IMG/VR virus record: IMGVR_UViG_3300029145_000024
Location: 1 to 25,732 of that record
Strand: one strand, 5' to 3'
Source of the DNA: a virus
Lineage: Duplodnaviria > Caudoviricetes
DNA: 25,732 bases
Made by a program: the position numbers and the translations under genes
In this document: piece by piece, positions 1 through 6,364 of the stretch
How positions within the stretch are numbered: position 1 is the stretch's first letter
How the letters are laid out: each line of letters opens with the position of its first letter
Notes under the pieces: generated by a model
Databases searched by the model: none
Told to the model about the DNA's origin: nothing
What the model saw: the letters and a program-made list of their open reading frames with translations, nothing else

Positions 1-17
1 GTTTCCCAGTCACGATC
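1..17 (+). other. Random-amplification (SISPA-type) primer tag, library artefact
   Basis: GTTTCCCAGTCACGATC is the widely used round-A/B primer tag. It cuts a tRNA gene, and its reverse complement ends the window. Confidence 0.93.
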
Positions 18-86
18 GGACGGGACTCGAACCCGCATTGCCTTGATTGAAAATCATGGTTCCTAGGCCAATTAGAAGACCGTGCC
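18..86 (-). tRNA. tRNA-Glu(TTC), 3' end truncated by primer tag
   Basis: Minus strand reads GGCACGG...CATGA-TTTTCAA-TCAAG...GCGGG-TTCGAGT-CCCGT-CC; anticodon TTC. Confidence 0.88.
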
Positions 87-91
87 ATTAT

Positions 92-241
92 TTATTTACC
101 TCTATTTAGTTCTCTATATTTGGAGACAGCTTGATGTGCAAGCGTAATTGCTAAATTAATATCGGAAGCATTTAAAGAAACAATATGATCTAAAATACGA
201 TTATATGTTGTTATAAAAATATCTCGCTCATCCGTTGTCAT
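92..241 (-). CDS. Small hypothetical protein (49 aa, MTTDERDIFITTY...), below ORF-track cutoff
   Basis: ATG starts 2 nt after the NADAR stop and the ORF fills the gap to the tRNA. Confidence 0.6.
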   Translation of the reverse strand: MTTDERDIFITTYNRILDHIVSLNASDINLAITLAHQAVSKYRELNRGK

Positions 242-243
242 AT

Positions 244-777
244 TCATATTTTTTCTCTTAATCTTTGTTCTATTTTAAATAGATTTTTAACTCTATCTTC
301 TGCTCTTTGAAGTAATTCTTCTTCATACTTTTTATTCGGATCTATAATACGAGATCGAACTTCCATCCACGCTTTACCCAATAGATTTTTACCAGATCCG
401 TCTTTCCCAATTCCCCATGTAAAATCATATGGGGAATCCTCTTGTATTTCTCTTATACCACTTCGATGCAATGCCAATCGAACATCCATATGTTGTTCAA
501 ATTTCAGTTCTAAAATAATGCACATGATTGCATACTTAAATTTGTCCCAATTGGTTCTTAAATTAGGAAGACTATAAGCGACTCTTTTTGCATCTTTAGG
601 AGTTTTGGCTTCTCTTACCAATCTTCTAGATTCAGAATCTTTAAACTTGAGAGCTTGATACAAATGTTCTGATGTAGGATAAATATATCCTCCAAAAGAT
701 ATGGGATGTTTAGAAAAATTACTAAAACATCCCCATTTTCCTTTTGTTGTCCAAAATTTTATAGGTAATTCACTCAT
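244..777 (-). CDS. NADAR family protein (YbiA/DUF1768-like)
   Basis: Motifs FSNF, YPTSEHLYQALKF and EDSPYDFTWGIG...GKNLLGKAWMEVR; SD AAGGA upstream. Confidence 0.92.
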   Translation of the reverse strand: MSELPIKFWTTKGKWGCFSNFSKHPISFGGYIYPTSEHLYQALKFKDSESRRLVREAKTPKDAKRVAYSLPNLRTNWDKFKYAIMCIILELKFEQHMDVRLALHRSGIREIQEDSPYDFTWGIGKDGSGKNLLGKAWMEVRSRIIDPNKKYEEELLQRAEDRVKNLFKIEQRLREKI

Positions 778-794
778 ATCATTATTCCTTTTAA

Positions 795-865
795 ACGCGG
801 AGGCAGGATTCGAACCTGCACCTTTGGCTTATGAGGCCAATAATCTACCGTTAATATACACCGCA
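795..865 (-). tRNA. tRNA with CAT anticodon, initiator(fMet)-like
   Basis: Acceptor TGCGGTG/CTCCGCG with weak 1:72 pair, A11:U24, TTGGC-CTCATAA-GCCAA, GCAGG-TTCGAAT-CCTGC; no encoded CCA. Confidence 0.85.
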
Positions 866-866
866 A

Positions 867-939
867 TACCGCCCCGAGGAATTGAACCTCGTCTTAAACC
901 TTATGAGGATTTCGTGCCTGCCAATTACACTAGAGCGGC
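867..939 (-). tRNA. tRNA with CAT anticodon (elongator Met or Ile2)
   Basis: Acceptor GCCGCTC/GGGCGGT, AAATC-CTCATAA-GGTTT, CGAGG-TTCAATT-CCTCG, A73; 1 nt from the next tRNA. Confidence 0.88.
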
Positions 940-940
940 A

Positions 941-963
941 ATGCCCTTACGGGCGTATTTTTT
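941..963 (+). terminator. GC-rich hairpin with T-run on the plus strand (possible antisense terminator or processing hairpin)
   Basis: ATGCCC-TTAC-GGGCGT followed by ATTTTTT; the loop reads GTAA (GNRA) on the minus strand. Confidence 0.4.
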
Positions 964-1171
964 ATGATGGCCGTGCATCAAGACGAACAGGGATATAACG
1001 AACTCTTTTACGATTTGCAGAATTTCTACGACGATTCAAACTACGCGATCTATTCCTCGCCTTTTCACGAGTATCTTCGGCACCCAAAATATGAAGATCA
1101 TCGGTTCTCAAATTGCGGGAAGCAACACCCCAAGTTTCTGTCATAACACCATTAGGATCTGATCTAGGCAT
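962..1171 (-). CDS. Small Arg-rich hypothetical protein (69 aa)
   Basis: Strong SD AAAGGA before the ATG; basic C-terminal half. Confidence 0.7.
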   Translation of the reverse strand: MPRSDPNGVMTETWGVASRNLRTDDLHILGAEDTREKARNRSRSLNRRRNSANRKRVRYIPVRLDARPS

Positions 1172-1225
1172 ATTTAATTCCTTTCATTTTTTAAGATAAT
1201 ATTGCCATACTATAAAAACCAAAAG

Positions 1226-1299
1226 TCAGAACGGCTGGATTCGAACCAGCGATCTTCTGCATCCAAGGCAGACGGGATGGCCATCTTCCCCACGCTCTG
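1226..1299 (-). tRNA. tRNA-Pro(TGG)
   Basis: Acceptor CAGAGCG/CGTTCTG, TCTGC-CTTGGAT-GCAGA, GCTGG-TTCGAAT-CCAGC. Confidence 0.92.
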
Positions 1300-1304
1300 A
1301 TATA

Positions 1305-1377
1305 GGGCACTCAGTTATTTTGCTACGGGAGTGTCCCGAACCGTAGATTTCATCATGTGGCCCCTTCCCGCCCATGA
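1305..1377 (-). ncRNA. Candidate small structured RNA (hairpin plus H-type pseudoknot) between tRNA-Asp and tRNA-Pro
   Basis: CTACGG/CCGTAG stem whose loop GGGACACTC pairs with downstream GAGTGCCC; upstream TCATG..CATGA hairpin; GC-rich island in AT-rich DNA. Confidence 0.5.
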
Positions 1378-1432
1378 CCAGGATTCTCAATGTAAAAGAA
1401 CCTTACCAAATATTCGATTTCAAAAGAAGTAA

Positions 1433-1503
1433 CGCCCCATACGGGATTTGAACCCGTGATTCCCGATAGACAGTCGGGGAGTTTCCCACTAACTTAATGG
1501 GGC
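1433..1503 (-). tRNA. tRNA-Asp(GTC)
   Basis: Acceptor GCCCCAT/ATGGGGC, CCCGA-CTGTCTA-TCGGG, ACGGG-TTCAAAT-CCCGT, G73. Confidence 0.92.
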
Positions 1504-1514
1504 CATGAATGTAC

Positions 1515-1543
1515 ATTATATAGTCTCAAATATCAAATGTCAA
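1515..1543 (-). promoter_or_regulatory. Sigma70-type promoter for the tRNA-Asp/Pro/CAT/CAT unit
   Basis: Perfect TTGACA-N17-TATAAT. Confidence 0.88.
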
Positions 1544-1565
1544 GAGATTTTTTGAAAAAATATTA

Positions 1566-1748
1566 TCAACCAATTTTCTTACTCATTTCAGATGTCATTC
1601 CACCGAACTTTCGAAATTTTTCACTAAAATATCTATAAGCTTCGGTATTCATAGCAAAATAAGGATGGCCAATTGGCGCAAATCTATACAATCTACACAT
1701 TTCCTCATGAGTCATATTATCGATATCTTTTTTCTGTTTATTTGTCAT
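1566..1748 (-). CDS. Hypothetical protein (60 aa)
   Basis: ATGA overlap with the upstream ORF; same strand as neighbours. Confidence 0.75.
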   Translation of the reverse strand: MTNKQKKDIDNMTHEEMCRLYRFAPIGHPYFAMNTEAYRYFSEKFRKFGGMTSEMSKKIG

Positions 1749-1924
1749 AATTCGATCTCTTTCAAAGCATCAATATAATTATTCATGCGAATAGGAATTT
1801 TTATTGCGGATGTATGTTTCATGATAAATACGCAATAATAAAATTTACCTTGTTTAATTTCTTCAACACAAACAATTTCATCTACATACAATAAAATATT
1901 ATTTAAAATTACATAGTATCTCAT
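1745..1924 (-). CDS. Hypothetical protein (59 aa, MRYYVILNNILLYVDE...), not in ORF track
   Basis: SD AAAGGT; stop overlaps the next start (ATGA). Confidence 0.65.
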   Translation of the reverse strand: MRYYVILNNILLYVDEIVCVEEIKQGKFYYCVFIMKHTSAIKIPIRMNNYIDALKEIEL

Positions 1925-1955
1925 AATTTTATACCTTTATCAATCACATATTATA

Positions 1956-2135
1956 CTAAAATTCCTCGATAAGTCTGAAAGCCTCCGTTGGTCTTTTCGC
2001 ATACCATTCTTCGATTGATTTCCACGCTTCTCGTACTGGACCTTCATCAATATCTTCGTGCCGAATTCCATATTCCAAAGCACCCTGAACTCCACCTTCC
2101 CAACCAATCTTATCTAAAGCTTCTTCTCCAGTCAT
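1956..2135 (-). CDS. Acidic hypothetical protein (59 aa, MTGEEALDKIGWEGG...), not in ORF track
   Basis: SD AAAGGA before the ATG; protein-like composition. Confidence 0.72.
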   Translation of the reverse strand: MTGEEALDKIGWEGGVQGALEYGIRHEDIDEGPVREAWKSIEEWYAKRPTEAFRLIEEF

Positions 2136-2206
2136 TATTTTTTCCTTTTATACACTGTGATCGTTTTTTGAACAGGAATTACTTCTTCACATTCAATTTC
2201 ATTTAA

Positions 2207-2324
2207 ATTCTCCATCAGGATTTGAACCTGATCCTTCTTTATGTCTCATTCCCGAGCTAGGTGGAATTCGAACCCACAAGACTTCGCACACTGGCGGTTG
2301 TTGCTGCCGTTACACTATGGAGAA
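2207..2324 (-). ncRNA. tRNA-like RNA A with two T-arms (118 nt)
   Basis: Acceptor TTCTCCA/TGGAGAA, D-loop-like TAGTGTAACGGCAGC, T-arm 1 GTGGG-TTCGAAT-TCCAC, T-arm 2 TCAGG-TTCAAAT-CCTGA; no canonical anticodon stem. Confidence 0.75.
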
Positions 2325-2331
2325 TCAGTAT

Positions 2332-2360
2332 ATTATATACAATTTCTTTTTGTTTGTCAA
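2332..2360 (-). promoter_or_regulatory. Sigma70-type promoter with predicted start at the 5' end of tRNA-like RNA A
   Basis: Perfect TTGACA-N17-TATAAT; predicted +1 near 2325. Confidence 0.87.
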
Positions 2361-2373
2361 ATAACTCTGAATA

Positions 2374-2491
2374 ATTTCTTGGCAAGACTCGAACTTGCAT
2401 TTCCGATAGAATCTTCCACTTTTATTCACGGGATCGAACCGCTGATTCACCCTTCGCATAGGGGGCGTAATACCAGTTATACTACAAGAAA
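2374..2491 (-). ncRNA. tRNA-like RNA B with two T-arms (118 nt)
   Basis: Acceptor TTTCTTG/CAAGAAA, D-arm GTATAACTGGTATTAC, T-arm 1 (AG)CGG-TTCGATC-CCG(TG), T-arm 2 GCAAG-TTCGAGT-CTTGC; degenerate anticodon arm. Confidence 0.75.
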
Positions 2492-2493
2492 AA

Positions 2494-2564
2494 ACATTCA
2501 AACAGGATTTGCACCTGTACTTCTCGGACTACTGCGAGCGTGCTACTATTAACACTATTGAATG
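2494..2564 (-). tRNA. Atypical tRNA-like gene, undetermined anticodon
   Basis: Acceptor CATTCAA/TTGAATG, D-stem GTGT/GCAC without GG in the loop, CTCG-CAGTAGTC-CGAG (8-nt loop), ACAGG-TGCAAAT-CCTGT. Confidence 0.65.
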
Positions 2565-2567
2565 GAT

Positions 2568-3197
2568 TAGGTGTTTTAGCCCTTATTCACCTTTGAATGT
2601 GGATGATATTCATAATATAAACTCATTGGACACGCATTAGTAAGATGCTTCACATTCTTTGCCTCATATTTTGGTAGGTTTTACCCCGTATATGAACGGA
2701 ATAGGAAAAAGGATATTCTGATTTCTTATATCATCCGATTGCAAGTCGTCAATATTTCGATCAATAAAACTTATAAGCCGGGGCTTATATTATTCTATTC
2801 CCTTTCGGGCAGCAAATCAAGTTTCCTCGATTTCTGTAGGCACTTCTATCCTCTTAACAAACTGTTTTGTTTTCTAATAAGTCGAAAACTTTCCCGGACT
2901 TTATAGATAACTACATCTACATAGTATGGTGGACATTCGGTTCTGTTGATAAACAGCTAAATCCAAGTGATCAATATATTTAGAAAATAATCTGTATGAT
3001 TACCTCACAAATATAAAGCTACAGGATGGTTTCAATCGCATACACAATTTAACCCATCTCGATTTCCCGTTCCTCTCTCGTATCGGGAAAGATACAAGAA
3101 AAGAACCATCTTTTCATCTATGCGATAAGTTCTCGCTGCAAGGCCCCGATGTCCAGACCGGCACTTGCATTTATACACCCGATGATCTCTAGGGTGA
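2568..3197 (-). ncRNA. Candidate large ornate non-coding RNA (ROOL/GOLLD-like context); boundaries approximate
   Basis: About 630 nt with no minus-strand ORF of 60 aa or more, between a consensus promoter and tRNA-like genes; many helices, GAAA tetraloops, pseudoknots, and G-U pairs consistent with the minus strand. Confidence 0.68.
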
Positions 3198-3198
3198 T

Positions 3199-3253
3199 TA
3201 TTCACTTTTCAAAGAAACTTAAAAGAATATATTCTATTTCTAAAATATATTCT
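3199..3253 (-). promoter_or_regulatory. GAAA-loop hairpin followed by a boxA-like antitermination motif
   Basis: AGAATATATTTTA-GAAA-TAGAATATATTCT, then GTTTCTTTGAAAAGTGAATA, which resembles rRNA-leader boxA. Confidence 0.5.
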
Positions 3254-3319
3254 CCGTTAGTTCATCGTGGGGGACCAAACCTAGAACTATCGAAACAAGG
3301 AGTCTATCAATCTCGATCT

Positions 3320-3348
3320 ATTATAGACACTTCATTGTGGTTTGTCAA
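3320..3348 (-). promoter_or_regulatory. Sigma70-type promoter for the large RNA/tRNA-like unit
   Basis: Perfect TTGACA-N17-TATAAT. Confidence 0.88.
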
Positions 3349-3365
3349 GTGTCTTGGAAAATTTT

Positions 3366-3707
3366 TTACCAGTTTTGTTGAAGTTCAAAAAGCATATGAA
3401 ATCCTTCGTAAGTATTGATATTCAAGAATTTTACACTGGCTTTTAGACATTCAACCACCATATTACACAATCTTTCCATCTGGTCTCGATTAAGTTTTTC
3501 CATATCCCGCATTGGAAATCCAATAAATGCTTTTATGGAAATATTTGTAATTTGATCATCTGTCAATAAATTTGAAATTATCTCTGAAGATCGTATCTGT
3601 GATTGAAGAATATTTACACATCTAAATATTGGATTTTCTTTAGGTTCGTCTATAAGTTCATCCACATAATCTAAAGTATTATCAATAATATCACTTTTAT
3701 CGTTCAT
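3366..3707 (-). CDS. Hypothetical protein
   Basis: SD AAAGGA; 113-aa ORF. Confidence 0.8.
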   Translation of the reverse strand: MNDKSDIIDNTLDYVDELIDEPKENPIFRCVNILQSQIRSSEIISNLLTDDQITNISIKAFIGFPMRDMEKLNRDQMERLCNMVVECLKASVKFLNINTYEGFHMLFELQQNW

Positions 3708-3743
3708 GTTTTTCCTTTAAGATTGATTTTAATATATAAAAAG

Positions 3744-4028
3744 TCAAGCGATTCTTGTTTCTTTTATTCGATTTTTGAGATAGAAAAATACTTCAAAATC
3801 TTGAATAAAAGATCTATCTTTAGCATATGCTAACTCATCACCATCATAATTTTCTTTAATTTCTTGTCCATTATCATTGTAATAGGAGCATTTGATAATC
3901 ATTTCTCTTCGATTATCTTCTGTCATATAATCAGGAAATTCCCAATCATTACATCCTCTTCCGATAATAAGTTCATGGTTTAAAATTGATTCTAAAAGTT
4001 TCATTTCCCAGGGTTTCAAGCTATTCAT
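3744..4028 (-). CDS. Hypothetical protein
   Basis: The second ATG (4028) has SD GGAG and overlaps the end of the upstream gene. Confidence 0.78.
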   Translation of the reverse strand: MNSLKPWEMKLLESILNHELIIGRGCNDWEFPDYMTEDNRREMIIKCSYYNDNGQEIKENYDGDELAYAKDRSFIQDFEVFFYLKNRIKETRIA

Positions 4029-4338
4029 AATTTCTCCCATAATGGGAATAACCCCAAAGAGTTGCTAGATCTCTTGCGAATCCAGCATCAATATTTCTTG
4101 ACCAAAGATAGATAAAAATTGCCCCTACTGCTCTTGCTTCTGTTTCCGCTTCAGGATCAGCAACACGCAAATGCATACACCCCTTGGGCCAAGTAAGATA
4201 CCAAGATCTCAACCAATCATCTCCCATTGCGGGATCTTCTGATTCGTAGATAATTTCTGCTTCATGTTCTTTCAAAATCTCATCAACCACAGAAGGAACA
4301 TCAAAATCTACTTGAGAGGTTTTAATACAATTTTTCAT
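4021..4338 (-). CDS. Hypothetical protein
   Basis: SD GAGGA; 105-aa ORF. Confidence 0.8.
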   Translation of the reverse strand: MKNCIKTSQVDFDVPSVVDEILKEHEAEIIYESEDPAMGDDWLRSWYLTWPKGCMHLRVADPEAETEARAVGAIFIYLWSRNIDAGFARDLATLWGYSHYGRNYE

Positions 4339-4376
4339 TTTAAATCCTCATAATATGTGATCAAACCACAATTTCT

Positions 4377-4622
4377 TTACTTAAACCTCTTTAAATGTGA
4401 TTTAAGTTCCATTAGATTTTTCTTTGCTGCTTTAAAATTCTTTTCTCTATTCCATGCCGCCTTGCAAGCATTTTTTGAGCATCCAGTATGTGACATGATT
4501 AATTGAATCATAGCCTCATCAAATCCTCCATGCTTTTCTAGTAATTCAACGGCAACATCAGTATTTACACCTGTCATAAATGTAAAAATACCAACTGTTT
4601 TATGATTAACTGCATATTTCAT
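4377..4622 (-). CDS. Small protein with two tandem UBA-like (EF-Ts N-terminal/NAC-UBA-like) repeats
   Basis: FTFMTGVNTDVAVELLEKHGG and IQLIMSHTGCSKNACKAAW both fit the three-helix UBA pattern; ATGA overlap with upstream gene. Confidence 0.6.
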   Translation of the reverse strand: MKYAVNHKTVGIFTFMTGVNTDVAVELLEKHGGFDEAMIQLIMSHTGCSKNACKAAWNREKNFKAAKKNLMELKSHLKRFK

Positions 4623-5038
4623 AGTTCATCCTTATCACAAACAAATGTATCAATCTCTCCTTGATCATTAACAAGCGATCTTGCATATTTTCTAATTTCT
4701 TTCATATCATAAATCAATTCTTGAAATGAGTTTTCAGTAAAACAATTATTGTATATCATTTGCCCACCTAACATTTCAATATTGCTCGGAAGAATTTCTG
4801 CACTTTTCATCTGATACCAAGGATATACTCTAAAAAATCCGGTAATAGCAATATTATTTCTAATTCTGACATACACTTTATAAGTTCTATTATTTACAGA
4901 AAATTTATGTGAAAATGATCCGAGAGTACTATTTTTATATGCTAAAAGTTCAAAAATACTTTTAACAGATTTAATTTTTTCCATGACAGCATTAAAAGAA
5001 TCATGATCTGTTTCAGAATAAAGAGTTATATTATCCAT
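4619..5038 (-). CDS. Hypothetical protein
   Basis: 139-aa ORF overlapping both neighbours. Confidence 0.8.
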   Translation of the reverse strand: MDNITLYSETDHDSFNAVMEKIKSVKSIFELLAYKNSTLGSFSHKFSVNNRTYKVYVRIRNNIAITGFFRVYPWYQMKSAEILPSNIEMLGGQMIYNNCFTENSFQELIYDMKEIRKYARSLVNDQGEIDTFVCDKDEL

Positions 5039-5885
5039 AGTATTTTTCCCATTCCTCTCTTACAATTCTAGACTGTTCTCGAACAATTATTTCCAAATCA
5101 CACGCATATAATCCAGAAGTAGATATAGAGTTAAATTCTAAAACTCTACATTTTTCCAAAAGAGGATAATAAACTATATCCATCACAAACATTCTATCTG
5201 GCTTCCATTTTTTAGAATTCAAAATTTCTTGAGAATATCGTATCATACTTTCTGGAAGATAATCATCAATAATCGGCTCTAAACTTCCTTTTTTTCGATA
5301 AAGAGACCCAGTTACAATTTTTCCATCAACAACAACCAATCTATATTCCTCTGGAAATGGATTAACTGCTGGACATGTGAAAACAATATCTTCAGGAGAA
5401 CATTTCGAATCCAGATAGATGATATCTGACATTGATGTTATGACTTGACCTGCAAACTTTTTAGTTCCATCATTTGGCCGAATAAAAAGAGCGGGTGGTG
5501 TTTCATTTCTATTTAAATATGATAGATATAGATCCTTTACATTTTGATATGGTTGAAAAATTCCACGATAGTTTTGCATTTCATTTTTATAATATGCCAT
5601 CAGATAAAACATATTATATTGCTTAAAGAGATTCCCACTACCATCCTGCCCAAAAATGCATGGTGCCCAAGATGCTCTTGAATCAATCATGTATGCTGCT
5701 TGAATTGATCCATAGAAACAAACACAATCTTTTGGCTGGTAAGCCTTTGTCCAATTTCTTTTTGCATCTCTTGGATCATACTTAAATGTTTTGAGTTCAA
5801 ATCCCTGTTTTTGAACCTCTTTAATAAGAGATGCTACAGTAGGATCTTCATCACATTCTTGAATGAGCCACTTAACATTTTGCAT
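5031..5885 (-). CDS. ATP-grasp domain protein (R2K-type/DUF4343-like)
   Basis: LFIRPNDGTKKFAG, EYRLVVVDGKIVTGSLY, FVMDI, LEFNSISTSGLY; likely start MQNVKW at 5885 rather than 5981. Confidence 0.82.
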   Translation of the reverse strand: MQNVKWLIQECDEDPTVASLIKEVQKQGFELKTFKYDPRDAKRNWTKAYQPKDCVCFYGSIQAAYMIDSRASWAPCIFGQDGSGNLFKQYNMFYLMAYYKNEMQNYRGIFQPYQNVKDLYLSYLNRNETPPALFIRPNDGTKKFAGQVITSMSDIIYLDSKCSPEDIVFTCPAVNPFPEEYRLVVVDGKIVTGSLYRKKGSLEPIIDDYLPESMIRYSQEILNSKKWKPDRMFVMDIVYYPLLEKCRVLEFNSISTSGLYACDLEIIVREQSRIVREEWEKYYG

Positions 5886-6261
5886 AAATTTTTTCTTTTC
5901 TCTTTTTAATATCTTCTTCCATACGCTTAATTTCTTCTTTGGTTTCCTTAATATCTCTTGCCTTCTTTTTGATACTGTCAAGTTCTTCTATCCATGTTTG
6001 CATAAAAGCAAAGAATGATATTGCGATTAAGCACCCAATAAACATGATAGGGATGAGACATATAATCAAAGGAATCCCAGGAATTGAAACCAAAACCTTA
6101 AGCCATCCAGGAAGATTACTAAACCACAAAGTTATTTTTTCAATCCAATCCAATTCTTCAACTATAGGAAGTTCCGTTGATGTTTTTGAATAATCAAAAT
6201 TACATTTTATTTCAGAATAAGAAGAATATGATTCTTCTTTTGATTGTTTACTTGAATTCAT
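5872..6261 (-). CDS. Membrane protein with C-terminal coiled coil
   Basis: Long hydrophobic segment followed by a charged heptad-like tail; likely start MNSSKQ. Confidence 0.75.
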   Translation of the reverse strand: MNSSKQSKEESYSSYSEIKCNFDYSKTSTELPIVEELDWIEKITLWFSNLPGWLKVLVSIPGIPLIICLIPIMFIGCLIAISFFAFMQTWIEELDSIKKKARDIKETKEEIKRMEEDIKKRKEKIYAKC

Positions 6262-6262
6262 T

Positions 6263-6364
6263 TTAAAAATCCCCGTCAAGATAGCGTATCATTGCAGCAC
6301 ACATAAAGCAAATTAAAATGAAAAACCAAGAAATAACAAAAACGGCAGTAAGAGGATCCATCAT
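6263..6364 (-). CDS. Small hydrophobic peptide (33 aa, MMDPLTAVFVISWFFILICF...), not in ORF track
   Basis: SD GGAG, TAATG coupling to the upstream ORF, single TM-like stretch. Confidence 0.6.
   Translation of the reverse strand: MMDPLTAVFVISWFFILICFMCAAMIRYLDGDF

Noticed and set aside
1305-1432. Hammerhead or HDV-like (theta) ribozyme after tRNA-Asp
   Set aside because: No complete CUGANGA/GAAA core or nested double pseudoknot could be built by eye, and the element is not flush with the tRNA 3' end.
2207-2491. Double-T-arm RNAs as intron-containing tRNAs, tRNA-Sec, long-variable-arm tRNAs or assembly duplications
   Set aside because: The extra ~45 nt are too short for a self-splicing intron, contain a T-loop rather than a variable arm, carry no UCA anticodon arm, and the two arms differ in sequence, so they are not exact duplications.
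1305-3313. tmRNA or RNase P RNA
   Set aside because: No GGGG..TCCACCA alanyl acceptor with a G3:U70 pair or tag ORF, and no RNase P P4 consensus (GAGGAAAGTCC..) was visible. A covariance search is still advisable.
701-3418. Plus-strand ORFs 701-967, 964-1146, 1988-2206, 2241-2552 and 3149-3418
   Set aside because: They are antisense to tRNAs, structured RNAs, promoters or better-supported minus-strand genes, and have no recognisable motifs.
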